The notes under the pieces: model-generated
The model's database searches: none
The model's input: only the letters and a program-made list of their open reading frames with translations
What the model was told of the DNA's origin: nothing
Assembly: GCF_022539665.2 (NCBI RefSeq)
Contig: NC_081333.1
Span: 5,394,001-5,458,000, forward strand
Direction: 5' to 3'
Source: Daphnia carinata
Taxonomy: Eukaryota
Length of the DNA stretch: 64,000 nt
Position numbers and translations under genes: made by a program
Part shown: piece after piece, positions 13,457 through 28,648 of the stretch
How positions within the stretch are numbered: position 1 is the first letter of the stretch
Layout: every line of letters begins with the position of its first letter

Positions 13457-14705
13457 CTATGCCATCAGGCTAGATCTAGCTACAGTAGCTTCGAGTTTGT
13501 CATTAACTCTTGCAAAACCAGTCCTGCCCTTTAAAACGGAAAGAAAAAAAAATTAAATTAAATTAGTGATCCGAATGACTTTCGTGGAAGTTCTACAGAA
13601 AATTTTACGGATTCGAACAAACTATATTTACTCTCTTCAAAGGAATTACGTCCTTTTCTTCTAATTTTAATCCTGTAAGATGGTTTACCATGTCCTTTTT
13701 GATGAGTTTTTCGAAACACTCTGTGGTAATAACATCATCGATAAAGTCATTTAAAAAAACTTCCAACAAATCAGGAATTTTTAAAACACATTAAAAAGGA
13801 AAAGAGGAATAACTTACGTTGGTTTCAAAATGGTGCACGGCACCGAATTGCTAAAATAAATATCTGGCATTGAAAAGTTCCCGTGATATAAATAAAACTG
13901 TTCACGCTGAATATGAATACGACACTTACCTCTGGTAATAAGGCACATATAGCGGACTTGGCGATTATGAGAGCTTTTCCGCGTTCGTCGTCATCCTTCG
14001 GGACCAGCGTAAGCTTTACGTCAATCAGATCCTTGATTTTTAACATTTTCCCACTGACTGGGCAATAAATGTCTGTAGATGGTTTTGAAATCATTTTTGG
14101 TTTTTCATCAGGAATCATAGCTGGGACCCAAAAACTTGGCAAAGCCATTGCTTTATTTCCAGACATGTTTGACAGAATATCACTGCTAGTAGATGGGTTA
14201 CTACTAGGTAAGCTATCACCTTTCACAATTGCTATAAATATTAAGTAACATCATTTTGAGTTGGAATTAGTTATAATTTTTGCAATGTCACCGATGAATT
14301 TCTCCATTTGGCTTCCATGGGCTGCGGCTTTTAGTTCATTTTTCTCACTCTCCTCACGCTTGTTTTGTCTTTCATATTCTTTCTGTTGTCTCCAGATTTT
14401 TTTTTTGGCAAGATAGTATTCTAAAATGGCTTCTTTGTCAAATAAATAGTCCATTATGACTATAACAAAAAACAAATGGCAATTTTATCACTTATGAAAG
14501 ATAACATACAGCTTCAAATATACATCACAACAGGATTTCTACAGAGTAGCAGAGTAAGTGAACAGCAATCAAATTCTTTGATAGAATCCTTGCTGAATCT
14601 TTCCGAATGAGACCCGTATCCGGATGCTTTTGCATCTCTTTTCTTTTCGTGATAGATAGCCTATATATACTTCCCTGCCATGGAATTTCTGGCATGTTGC
14701 GTCAT
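13457..14705 (-). pseudogene. NOSIP: Nitric oxide synthase-interacting protein pseudogene (intron-containing)
   Basis: MTQHARNS..YHEKKRDAKASGYG..KDSIKEFDCCSLTL, YLFDKEAILEY, LPSFWVP..CPVSGK, ECFEKLIKKDM, GRTGFA. Lesions: in-frame TAG at codon 15, frameshift before RYMCLITR (~13950) and a TAT instead of TAG acceptor near 13741. Confidence 0.88.
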
Positions 14706-14805
14706 ATTTACGGCCCTTGAAAATCTAAAAGAAATTCGACTTCAGATTTAATACAAATAACCACAACAATATAAAAATCGTAAAATCCTCTAATTAATGT
14801 TTATG

Positions 14806-17800
14806 TTTTTTTTTTGTTTTTTTTTGTGTTTTCTGCCGACGAAGCCGATTCGCAGTAGGAATCAGAGATAAGGAGATGGGACACGGAATAGGGAAAGCCG
14901 AAATGACAGATTTCGGCACTCCATCTAGCGGCTAATTCCCTCCCTTTCTCATTAGCAGACGAATTCCCTGCAAGCAAGCATTGTTACAGGCGGCTGATTT
15001 GAAATGGTCACGGAGAGGTAGATAATGCACCAGATAATAACACACAAAGGAAAGTTTCATGACTAAAAGTAAACTCTCAATGAAATTAGTTTTAAAGATT
15101 GGTGTATAACATGATTTATCTAACTGGTTATGATTAAAAGTTTCTTCAGACATATTTTGACTGAATAATTTGATGTAAGATAAACATCTTATTTTGAAAA
15201 TCTGCTAACAACAAATTTGACGAAGTAATTAACAATATTCGATTCCGCTTCATGCGGGTCTTGGGGTCCATCCGCATCGATATGTGCGTATAAAACTATC
15301 GAATTAAATTTACTATTAGCTAATATATTACATTTCGCCGAGAAAAAAAGCCTGTATGGTATTCCAAATTAACAAAGCGGAACCAAAGTGGAGTGAGAAC
15401 AAAACAGAAGTTTTTTAAGGCTTAAATCTAGGCATCCAATGTTTCAGTAAGATAATTAGTCGCAGGGCATCGTTAGGAAACTTACAAAATGAAACTGGTT
15501 GATCACTTCTCTTCGAATTGCAGCTAACGGCACTACATTTGGAAGGCATTTGCACAAAGAGAAGAAGAAAACACATCTAGAACTACTGTGAACAACTTGT
15601 AAACTGAGGCTGGGTATTTTGCAGGATAAAATTCGATAATTAGCTAACAGGTTCCCTGGAAGGTATTAGTAAGCCAAAAATTCCAGAAAATCGACCCTTT
15701 TTGATTCTCCGACTTCTCAACGCCTTCCGAATCACATAACTTTCGTTTGTGTGTTTTTCTCTGGCGAAATGTCCGACTTTCCTTGCCCGTATTCAAATTA
15801 GCCGCCTGTCACATTGGTTCCTTGCAGGGAATTCGTCTGCTAATGATAAAGGGAGGGAATTGTTCGCTAGATGGCGCCCCAAAATGTGTCATGGCGGCTT
15901 TAACACGGTCGTGTCCCATCTCCTTATCTCTGGTAGGAATCGGGTGTTACAGAAATTTTGGACTAGTATCCATTGCCACCATCAGGTTGTATCAGATCGT
16001 TGTCAAACTAGTCGTATAAGTTGTGCATAGTGGATGTTGTTTAGACTTCGAGGTACAGTTTGGATTGGAGAAGAAAGTTGGCAAGGTGATCTCGGATGAG
16101 GAGCTGCGAGCCTTTGTTGATTTGTTGGCTTAGGCCAAGAATATTGATTGTGTTCCAGGTAAGATTTAGTTGTGAGAGAAGTTGTTTAAGAGGAGTGTAG
16201 TATGTGGAGAGATGTTCGCAGGCTGTGAGGACATGGTCTACATTTTCGATTTCAGGGCAGCCATGGCGACAGTGGGGCTGTGTGTTCATATCAAATTTGC
16301 TTATATGGGCATTTAGCCTGTTGTGCAGGCCTACGCCTAAGAATTTGGCGCTCGGCTGATGGAATTCTTCGGCAGTGAATGAAGAGGAGTGGAGGCTGGG
16401 GGATGCTATGTGATCTAGAGAGCACCAATATGGTGGATTTTTCTGGGAGGAAATCTAAACCCCACTTCTTACCCCATCTGTGCAACTTATCCAGGTAAGG
16501 TTGTAGTTTATCTTCTGCCATTGTAGCGTTTTTAGCTTGCATGTAGATTGCGACATCATCAGCGTAGTGGAGGGTGGTAACTTTGGGTGGGGGAGGGGTA
16601 GGTCACTCATCATAACGTTGAATAGTGTTGGGCTAAGTATAGCTCCTTGGGGGACCCCTGCGACGAGATGGCCTATGTCTGAAAGGTTATTCCCTACTCT
16701 CACTCGCCCATTTCTATCTGTGAGGAAGGATTGGATCCAGCTGAGGATAGATCCTCTTACTTGCATCTTGGGGAGTTTGAAGATGACACCATCGCATTGG
16801 GTGCGGTCAAAAGCCTTGGCAATGTCGAGGAATACCGCATATGTGGAGAGTCAGTTTGCTAAAGTCAGTTTTAGTGTCATTTCAAGAGTTAGAATGTGAT
16901 CCAAGGTGCTACTGCCAGGACGAAAACCGGCTTGCGATGGCTGCAAGTGGCTGTTTTCTTCGAGATGCCAGACCAGCCGGTTCTTAATGACTCTTTCCAT
17001 TGTTTTCCCTAGACATGAAGTGGTGGATATGGGGCGAAAGGACGCTGGGTCTTCTGCATTTTTGTTGGGTTTGAGGATCGGGATTATTAGGGCTTCTTTC
17101 CAGTTATTTGGGGTAGAGCCGTTTGCGAGGAGAGCGTTGAATGGGTGGCGAAGCATCTTACGGTTGTCGTATGTGAGGTTAGACAGCATTTTATTATGCG
17201 CGAGGTCTCTCTCTTTGAGTTACTTTTGCGTCTATTAAGGGCTTGTGTTATTTCACCTTGTGTAATGGGGGAGTTGAGAGCGCTGAGGCCTGGCGACGCG
17301 ACGGCTGTCCTTATGGCTTCTTTTATGTTAGCTTGTTCTTGGGCGGTTATTGGAGTTGTCTGTGAAAGTTTTTAGGAATATATTAGCTTTTTCTCCGGGT
17401 TCGTTTATTAAGTCCCATCTGTCAGGCGGAGTGGATGCCCGTTTGCGGAAGAGGTGTGACCACGGCCGGTCATCGCTTTGGCAAATGCCCACATGGTATG
17501 TTGGTCTCTGTGTGAGCCAAGGCTGGTGATGAATGTTTGCCATGATTGTTTCTTGGCATTGATTAAGGTTTTTCTTTTTTTAAACTCAGCTTTTTTTCCA
17601 GGCGATCTTTTTGTTTTCCGAGAAGGGGGCTGAGCGCCATTCAGACGGGCCTTCCTGGTAGTACGCATATGGTTATCGCAGTCTTTATTCCACCATGGCT
17701 TGCTTGGTTCTGGTGTGATGCGATGTGTAGGGGAACTCAGCTTGAATAATGTGTGACTGGTATCCAATAGGGCATCATTGAATAGCTTCTATGTTTCGAC

Positions 17801-18565
17801 TGGTTTAGTCTTTTCAATGTAATGTTTGTTGAGGAGAAATTTATATATGTGTTCATTCCAGTCAGTCCATAGCTCATCGCGGAAAATCCATCTAGGTGGG
17901 GGGACAGTTTTTTCTCGGGGGATAATTTTTGTTTCCATGATGACCGGGAAATGGTCACTGCCAAGGTATGGGCCTAGTGAGATGGTGGAGTCGCAAGCGA
18001 TGGAGAAGGAGCAGCATGTAAGGTCGATTGTTGATGTTTTCCCGGTAGTAGGGTTTATGTAAGTTCCCAGTGAGTAGGGGGTAATTAGAGCAATGTCTGG
18101 GGCTTATATTACGGCACTATAAATAGATTTTCCACTTCTGTTTGAGTTAGACAAATGACTCCATAGCTTATGGTGGCCGTTAAAGTCCCCCCCCCCCCAA
18201 GTATTTGGTTGTTTTTGCGATCAAGTAGCGGCAGAATTTCTTCTTAGGGGCAGTCACCCGAGGGGCAATATGCGGAAATTATGTCGATCGCCTTGTTGTT
18301 GGAAGTGCTAATAGTGATGCCTACCGTTTCGAGCTTAGGGCTATTTGTGAGAGTCAAAGGGGCATGTGGGAGAGAGTGATGTACTAGTATGGCAACTCCA
18401 CCGCCAGGCCGTCCAGTTCGATTTTTTAGGATAATGTTATAGAAGCGGAATTTAATAGAAAAGGTGTTCTTCCAGAAGGTTTCGCAAAGAAGTACGACGG
18501 AAGATTTTTGTGAACTAAAAAAATAGCGAAATTCTTCTAAGCGGGACCTTGTGAGGCCACGCGCG
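14806..18565 (-). mobile_element. Non-LTR retrotransposon (I-group-like) ORF2, APE endonuclease + RT, frameshifted; 3' UTR interrupted by the P element; A-rich tail at ~14806-14832
   Basis: ARGL..LLCETFW, GGGVAILV, GDFNGHH, KPWWNKDC, FRPISTTSCLGK, QAGFRPG, GVPQGAILSPTLFN, YADD, and C-terminal CRHGCPEIENVDHVLTAC. Confidence 0.9.
14863..15932 (-). mobile_element. Non-autonomous P-superfamily DNA transposon with decayed THAP domain
   Basis: TIR CAGAGATAAGGAGATGGGACACG and 8-bp TSD GTAGGAAT (14855-62 / 15933-40). Minus strand from 15549 reads MPSKCSAVSC...FCKFPND...W...P*KTSVLFSLHF, a THAP remnant. Confidence 0.88.
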
Positions 18566-19799
18566 GGCGTGTGGACGTTTGCCCCCTTTGACAAATGCCC
18601 CCGTCGGGGATAGACGATTGCCCCCATGCAATAACAGTGGCCCCCCGACTGTTGCCTCCTAACTTTAAAACAACAAATGCCCCCTCTAAGCTTTGATCAA
18701 TAGCCCCCTTTTATGTAAGGTGCTAGATGCAAATGCCACGCTAGTTTCCGGTATTTGCATTGGATTATTTCTTCTATTGAAATTGCAGGTAAGAATCTGT
18801 TTATTTATTTGTTTTCACAGATTTTTCCTGCAACTTAAAAATTGCTTACGATTTGCCTTTCCTAGTTAACTGCCAAAAATGTCGGCAGAGGAAAAAGACA
18901 AGCAAAGCGATTGTGATCGTTCTCCAGAGACCTGTTTCCGCTTTATCTCCGTTTGATTTTTGCCGTATGGCGCAAAAAGAGGTAAGGTTTGAAAAGTATA
19001 TATACTTACTAAAAAGGCAAAAATACAATTTAGTCTTCTTTTACAGTCCTAGTGCATCTTCTCGTTTCTACCTCTTGCGTTAAACCAAAATGATTTTTGA
19101 AGAAGACGAGCATCCTATTGTAGAACCAGTTAAAGGGGTGAAGTATAACGGAACTCGTTACAATTCCAAAAAAGGCTTCGTTTACCACTTGCAGAAGAGG
19201 ACGTAAGAAGAATTTTATTTATAAAAATGAAACCATTAAAAAATTCACTATGTTTTATTTCTATTTTTTTTGCAGAGCGTATTCCATCATTTACCACTGC
19301 AAAAACCATAAAAAAGCAAATGGTGGTTGCAACGCCCGGATTAAGTCTGACATGGAATCTGGACTGTTTTTCAGGCAGGAAGACAAGCACCACAATCATC
19401 CCCCAGAAGCAGAAGAACAGCCCCACATAGCACAATTCGGTCCCACGGACATCCGTGGTATATCCTAGTTGGATAACGGTGACATCTTACGGACATCCGT
19501 GGAACTGCCTGACCCCCGAGTTGGATGTCCTTCGGATCTCGACTGAATATTGGAAGACCTCCCGGGAATATGCCGATTGATATCCGAGGGACGTCCTGTT
19601 GGGCGGGAAAAGGACATGCTCTGAACATGTGAGAATTTTGGTAATACCTTTCTTTATGCATTCCTGGCTACAGCAAAAAATGAATAATAAATAACATAAC
19701 ACAAATATTGGTGAGAAATTTCTTTGTATTCACATTTGCCGCAACATACAACACGTAACTGTCAAGTTTAGAAGACAAATAAGAAAAACTGATCTTAAA

Positions 19800-21420
19800 T
19801 TAAACCCCCCTTATATTATTATTTTTTTCCTTATCCTTACAATGGCGCAGCAAAGCTTGGATCACCTTGATGGCATCTTGCTCGGTAATGATTGGTTGAG
19901 TCCTTTTCGCGGCCACTATAATTGAAAATATTACATACTATTAGAATTAATTACTTTAATTTTTCATACTTATAATGGATTTTCCGACATTCGTATCGGA
20001 GAGGCACTCGTTTCCTCTCTGTCCGAACCAACTGAAGTGCCTCCCAACATCCTTTGTGAATAAGCGCCGTGTAATAAGGCGAACGATGGTTTTGCGTCGT
20101 GACCACTAATCCCGATAAGATGATTGTTCTAAAACATAAATTTGAAATAATTAAACGAACGTATTAATAAGTATTAGAAAAAAACTTACCAAGCATTTTT
20201 TAATCCAAGGTTTTTTCAGTTCTTCGTTAAAATTCTTAAAATCCTCCATTGTGGTGAGAGGAAGAGATTCCAAAAATTCTTCGTTTTGATCGTTTTCCAC
20301 ATCCTTTTGTTTGATAGCCGACTCGATGTTATTGAGTCGGTCAAGCACGGCGATTCCTAGAGAGCTTTGGTCTCGTAATTCATGGGAAAGAGACACTATC
20401 CCTCGATGTAAAAATTCATCGGGAGATTCTTCATTACAAAAAAATGGCTTTTAAGTAAAAGACGGAAATAAAAAAAAAAAACACATACCAACGTGACGTT
20501 TAGAAATTCTGTGGCGTCTGTTGTTTGCTCCATTTCCAGTCGGCACCAACAAGGGGCTGTTTGTCAAATTGTCTGATGAATTATCATCTCCCCTGTAGCC
20601 TACATAATAAACAACAAAACAAAAATTGAAATCCCAAAATAAAAACATAATGTTAAAGTTAGAATAGTTAATATTACCTTTTTTCTTTCTCAACTCTTTT
20701 TCGTGGCTGCTATAGAAATTCTGGTCATTACCATCAATTACTAAAGGTGGAAACTCGCGTAATGAGGATGCAGATCGACGAACTGGTGTGCCTTATTTAA
20801 AAAAAAAAATAAGTCTAAGACTGAAGAGGAATTGGTAGGAATATGGATTAAAAAGATTATTTGTTTTCTCTGTTATGTGAATTTGATTTTTTAATTACCT
20901 ATAGAAGCCGAAAGAGACAATGAAGATGGAGGAGGAGGAGGTGGTGGGGACTCGTCTTCCGACTCATCACTCAACATTTGAACGGAAGTTTTTTTCAATG
21001 AGGGTTTTGTTCGGGCTAAACAGCTGTTATCAAAAATGTGTTTAGCTTTCCTGGCGCTCCTACTGCGTTTTTCCTTCTCCGAATCCGTAGTCAAAATCTC
21101 TTCCATTTCTAAGGCCTTTTTCTCGTTACGCCGTGCTTCTTGATACGTATCTAAAGGACAGATTACGTTGACAAAATCAATACTAATTGAAAAAAGGATC
21201 GCTATGTAATCAGAACAGATAACCCATACCAAAGCCTTTTCTAACACGGGCAGGGTGCTTTTCCCATTTCTCCCTATCTGGCTCGTATCCTAACTCAATG
21301 AACTTGGTTAAGTCCTTGCATTTTGGAGGCCACCAACAAACTTCGCCGTCAAACCACGATATGGGCACCGTTGTAACCCATGGTTCTTTGGTGCCTTCCA
21401 AAATAAGGAACTTCCCCTAC
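19800..21420 (-). pseudogene. Spliced transposon accessory protein (DUF4806-like)
   Basis: VTTVPISWFDGEVCWWPP...YQEARR..., LPLTTMEDFKNFNEEL and FSWFGQRG resemble accessory ORFs of animal EnSpm-like elements. Exon limits are approximate. Confidence 0.6.
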
Positions 21421-22832
21421 AAAAACAAGCATTTGCATTTGGACTGAAAAAAACTAGACTACGATTGATATGTAAGCCTTCTTGTAACATTTAGAACATA
21501 CGTTTGTAATCGAATACAAACTTCTGAATTAATCAAGTGAAAAGGAAATCCCGCAAATGTACTAGCACTATATGGTCGATAAGGGGAATTCATTTTAATA
21601 TAAAACGATTTTATATTAAAAAATTCTAACAAAAGCTTGGTACTGAAGGAAAGCATCGATAATATACGGAAGTATTAAAAACAACAAAATGCCTAACTGT
21701 GAAAAGGAAAAAAAACAATAATCAATTGGAAAAAGAAAAGAAATAACCAAAGCGTTAAAGCGGCCCGACGAAGCCGTTTAAAGAATGGTTTGAAAAAATA
21801 CCCCAATCAACACCCACGAAAAAAGAAACAAAAAAATTAATTTCGCATAAGGGGGAATAAATTGCCACAAAGAGTTGTAAGGGAATAGCAATTTGAAGCG
21901 GATTGAAGAAAAAGAAGAAAAGTCGCTTGAAAAAACACGGTGAGAACACCCGCAAAAAAGAGAAAAGAAAATGATTAACTGATCTTGCATAAGCAAAGAT
22001 CAATTGCCAAAATGATAATAAACGGCAAAGATATGAAGCCGTCGGAAAAAGTTTCAAAAATGTGAAAACGAAAAGAAAAGGAAAGAAAAAAAATTAATCT
22101 AATCACGCAAAAGCAAAATCATTTGCCAAAAGAGTGATCAAAAACGGAAAAGCTTTTCAAGCGCCATAAAAAACGGTTAAAAATTTCGTTGTTAAAAGCG
22201 CCCTACCAGCACTCGCGAAAAAAAAAAAGAAATTTAAGTAAAGAAAAAGGACAAAAAAAATGAAGAAAGAACTAAAGCATTAGAACGGCATGAGGAAACA
22301 GTTTTAAAAATTGCCAGGCAAAGCCCCCTGCCAAAATCAACAAAGAAGAAAAAGAAAAGAAAAAATTTAGTTAATAAGACGTAAAAAAAGTCCAGCTGAA
22401 AAACCATAAAAAGAATGAACAAAAGCATTAAGTTGTGTGAAAAAAGAAGATAGAAAATAGCATTTGAAAAAGTAGCACACATATAATTTACATATATAAT
22501 TAAATAACTACCGCAATTATTTCTAATCTTAGTCGGCCTATGTCCCGACTAAGATATTCATCTAACTGAAGGTCCACTGACCATGGCCAGACAATTGGTT
22601 TCACGACGACACTGTGAAACCAATCCCGATACCTGTGCCCATTGAGGTGACAAGTCTCAATGCCCTTAAACTTATAGTAACAATGCCAGCACTCGAACCG
22701 TTGCCTATCCGTTCCGAGCCTGATACACTGTGTCTGGGATCGGCCCAGCACTAGTAAAATGAATAATGAACTTACGGTTTGAGATTCCATATGAATAATC
22801 CAAAATGTGAAGGGGCCTCAGTAGGAACAAAG

Positions 22833-22968
22833 GCGGGCAGCTAGGCAGGAACAGCGCGGGCAGCTAGGCAGGAACAGCGCGGGCAGCTAGGCAGGAACAG
22901 CGCGGGCCGCTGGGCAGGAACTGAACGGGCAGCCGGCCAGGAACAGGGGGGACCGCTGGACAGGACCG
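22833..22968. repeat. 23-bp GC-rich minisatellite (GCGGGCAGCTAGGCAGGAACAGC), 3 near-perfect plus ~3 degenerate copies
   Basis: Read directly from the sequence. Confidence 0.9.
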
Positions 22969-23657
22969 ACAGAAGCACTTACACAGAGAAAACAATCAGG
23001 ATCGACACTGTTAACACTAATTCGTAAGACGGCAGTAGCCCACAGTTAACCGAAGCACTAAATCAGTCGAGAAAAGTTTCTAACGCGAAGTTCACTAAGT
23101 GTTACACCAAACAGCACACGCACGGCACGAACAATAACCTTCACCATATACAACTCAACAATGACTGGCTGAAAGTCTGAATCGCATGCGAAAATTGGGA
23201 AGTCAAAACTACCATTATTTGCCATTTTTGTAGTCTTTCCCTAAACACTGGTGAATGGTTTCTTCTCAAAAATCCTTTTATAGAGCAACTTCCATTATTG
23301 AAACAGTTTTTTACACGGAGATAGTTTAAATATTACTGTTAGTTTGTAAATTCTGTTTCAAATAATAACTGCGAATTACATAAAAAACAACAAAAAAAAT
23401 CTGGCAAACATTGGGTAACCTGACGATGCTAAACTTCGATTCAGTTGGCGAATGGCGAGTGTTAACGATACGTCTGCGCGAGTGAAACAGCAAAAGGATA
23501 CCAGGCAAGTTTACATTTACAGTACTTTATTTCGCTTAATATAACATTTTTCTTATATTTAGATATCAGAGGTCGACAGTATATACTTGTCGTATACTTG
23601 TTGTACTTATTGTTATTACGATTGATTTATTGGTAACAACATTATCTACTTTTGTAG

Positions 23658-24716
<1,059 letters not shown>

Positions 24717-27393
24717 TAGCAAGACATTGGAAATGAAATGTGACTAGGAATAAAGGCCCGAATTGACCTCAATTCGACCAACGTCCGTCCTGAATTGAAA
24801 TTACTCTGTGGGGTCACCATTTAAACAAGCTTGACTACATCAATCTACGAACGCCTCCCCTAATCACGAAGTGGGACATGCTAAAGGACGAAGACAAGGA
24901 TCTGTTTCCATTACTTGAAGTACCGCATTGCTGTCTAATTGTCTTCTCATTGGAAATCTCTACTTTCTCTGTCTCATTTTAGTGTATATCCAGTGTGGCA
25001 ACAGCATTGCGGTCTGGATTTCTTCCCTACCGCGAACAAGTATTTCGCCGCTACGTTTAGTGTAGCAGACATTAAATCAGCACATTGTACGTACGTTAGT
25101 CTCAGCAAATAATTCTTACAGTAATAATACTAACTTAACAATTATTATTTTTTCAATAAATTAACAGGCTAGTATGCAGCAATCCGATCAAAAACAATGT
25201 GTTATGTAATGTGTTTAATATTTTGTCATGTAATTTCCCGTGGTCTAATTTTTAATAAAATAATTTTTTTCAACGAGAGTTCAATTTTATAACGGACATT
25301 GTTACGTACTCTTTAACAAAAAGCTTTTTCATGTTGAATCCAAATCTAAATAAATATATAATAAATCCTTTTCGAAAACGATTTAAAATATGGTTTAAAT
25401 TGTTTTTTTAACAACGTTTATTTAGAAAAAATAAAAAATATTTGAAACTCCTATTTGCTGTTGTAGGGACGTCCTCAGGATCTTGTTTTGGCACCTCCAC
25501 CGGGCTTCAAATTCTAATAGCCGACGGAAATCCATGGAACAACCCGATATGGCACAGGATATCTAACGGATGTTCGGATCCCAGTCGGGCATCCGACGGC
25601 AGAGATGTGCTATGTGGGGCAATTGCTTGCCGTAGACAACGCATGCGTTGACAATGTCGGACTTGATCGCAAACGACCCAAAGTGGTTTTCGATGCCGTT
25701 CGTCGTGAGTAAGTATCTAGCCACTATACGTTTCGTACCGTGTCGGGGCTTTTCAAACAGTTGTTTACGTTGCACATCGTCATGTTCAACCTGGTAATTA
25801 ATGTTAACAACTACAGAAAACAACCGTACGTTTTTTTTCATAAAAATTTTGTTTAGGTTTTTCCTTTCGCATATGTTCAGATGACCAGGAAAACTCGAGC
25901 GCTTTACGACGCAGCAATCGAAATGATTATTGACATATTTGATCAATTACATCCCGATCGTTTCATAGGCTTGGATCTGGTCATGTGAGACTATGAGGCA
26001 GCAATCCGGGGGTCTCTAACTGCAGCCTTTCATGGAAGCGAAGCTGTCGGCTGTTTCTTCCACTATTCGCAGGTACTGATTTACTTGTTGCTTTTTATGT
26101 GTTTAATTTCCTACTTTGAATTCTTAGGCTATATGGAGAAGGGTGCAGAAAAATGGCCTTCAAACTGCGTACTCCAACCATCCAACAATCGGGAAATACG
26201 TTAAGGAAATCATCGCTCTCGCTCTTTTACCAGCAAATAGGATTTTGGCAGGATACGAAGTAAGTTCCTGTATTTCTATTTAAACCCAAAACAAATAAAG
26301 AGTGAAACTTTTTGCAGGACATTCAAGAGCACTATGCACATGACATTCGCCGGGAAACTAAGGCAATCCAGGAAGCAATTAAGAAACTGAACGCCTATTT
26401 CCTCTCGTACTGGATCGGCGAGGTCTCTCCGAAAGTATTCAGCGTTTTCGGGTTAACACATCGGACCAATAATTTTGTCGAATCATGGCACTCATGGTTA
26501 AACAAGCGCATGGGAGGTTCGCATCTCAACGTTTGGGATTTCCTGTGTAAGTAAAGAATATTCACCTAACCTTACAATTGAATAATAATTTACTTTATTA
26601 TTTATTAGCTTTCCTCAAAGAAGCCGAAAATGCGAAATTTCGTGACTATGAGGCCGAATTAGCAGATAGGCGTTCCACTAGGCCAAAACCATTGCGACAG
26701 CGGAAAAAGTACGAAATGGTTGAGAAAAAGGGACGCCGTTTCATGGAAGGGGAAATAAGCCTACGGGAATTTCTGCAATTATCTAGGAATCTCACGGAGC
26801 CTAACGTAAATATAGAACAATATGTTATTATTCAAACACAAAAAATAACACCGGTTTATTTTCTCAGCATGATGCCGATAGACGTGTCTGTAACTCTTCT
26901 TGCGTTGAGGAAAGACCCACGGTGTATCCAAGACGACGATTTTTGGCTGGGACTTGTGTAAATCCTACTCAGATGCCTGTTGTCACTGCCAGTACAAAAC
27001 TGGAAACGTCTATTTCAGCTGCACGTCGTCACTCACCTCGCGTCGGAAGACTGCCTCATCACCTGTCAGATGATGGCGATTCACCATTAACTAGACAGAA
27101 CCGCAGACTCGCCGAAATCCACAACTTCCACCATCTTTTACATCCCCCTGATTTTCTATTTCTTTTTAAACACAGTTGTACGACAATGATTCTCTGCATA
27201 TTTGTAGTAACAATTAAAGGCCGATATAATTACAATTTCTAGTACTTATTTCATAGGGGGCTATGGTTCACAGAGGAGAGGCGGCATTTGTTGTGCTAAG
27301 GTTAGGGGGCAACAGTCGGGGGGGGGCAACTGTTATGGCAATCGTCCACCCACCACGGGGGCATTTGTCAAAGGGGGTGATCGTCGCAACACC

Positions 27394-27567
27394 GGTAACA
27401 TCTATGGATTTAGGGGCAGGTAGACGTGTGAGTAAAATGTGTTCTAGCTGATCGAATCGCCCAGAAAATTTTTCAAAAATTCTGCTGTTAGTGCTGTCTA
27501 TATCTACATTTAACGCTGTCTATTTTTGATTCTAGGTTGTTGATGGTGATGTCTTTAGGGATCTTAA
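27394..27567 (-). mobile_element. Middle piece of the split LINE (C-terminal part of ORF1)
   Basis: Removing the Helitron joins ...KAEIKLLQEE (40545) in frame to LRSLKTS (27567). Confidence 0.65.
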
Positions 27568-28648
27568 CTAGTAACTTTGGGACCGCCCAGGGCCGGGGGA
27601 TAGGTGGCGCTAGCTCATTTTTTGCGGCTAAAAAAACGGAAGGTACTGGCACGACATATGTGAAATTTTTTTTAAATTCAGCTTTGCACCAATACATTTC
27701 GGCTCAGAACTGGGTCTAATGGTATAATAAGGCTCAAGGGCTAATGCTATAAATGATTAATTTATATTTCTCATCGCTTTGTGTAATAATAAGAAAGCAT
27801 TTCACGGTTGAGCGCGGTCGGCAACTGCCCCCTAGGCCATGCCCGTGCACCTTTTTGGCCCGTAGGCCGAGGCGGAAGTTAGTTCCTCGCTTATATCATG
27901 ACGTTAAATGTTGTCTGATGACAACTTTAAGAAAGAGCTTCTTTGAACACGATGTTTTGTGTAAAAACTCTTTCGTCTTTCAGCATTTTCCCTTGCTTTA
28001 GTCCTACCGTCCATAGGACCTTTACTCCTTGGCGTGAGGTAGCGCGGGAAAATGCTACGTATAATTGTCCGTTGCTAAAGACTGGTCCAGAAGATGGATA
28101 CCAACCTTATCGAACGTCTGTCCTTGTGACTTGTTGATGGTAATTGCGAAAGCAAAAAGCACAGGAAATTGGTTCCTGATCAGCTTGAAGGGAAGATCAC
28201 AGTCACTCGGTGACATATTCATTCTTGGGATGAAGAATCGTGGCCTTCATTTTTCCCTGCTGCTATTGTTGCATGAATGAGGTTGTCCGTAAGACTTTTG
28301 ATGATCAAGCGTGTTCCATTGCAGAGCCCTTGACGCGAGTCGATGTTCTTAAGAAGGATTATGATGGCACCCTATTTCAGTTCCAAAATGTGCAGTGGTA
28401 TCCCTGACACCTTTAGGGTGTCAAGAAACTCGTCGGTCGGGAAGTTTGCAGTTTCCTCTGGGTCTTCCGATTCAATGGAGTTCATGCTGGCATACCTCCG
28501 TCGCTGGCCTGGCATCTGTCTGATGATGTAATTGTTGATCTTCAAGCAGTCATCATTTTTTGGACACAAAATAGCCCGAGTGCTAATTTGTTCTTACAAT
28601 TCCGGATGCAGTAGATTTTCGGGATCACCAAAAACATGATTAACAAGT

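Noticed and set aside
22833..22968. CRISPR-like appearance of short repeats (also 28660-28745)
   Set aside because: The repeats are contiguous with no unique spacers, there are no cas genes, and the context is eukaryotic.
24807..25120. Possible solo LTR (TGTGGG...CTTACA)
   Set aside because: No matching TSD and no second copy in the window.
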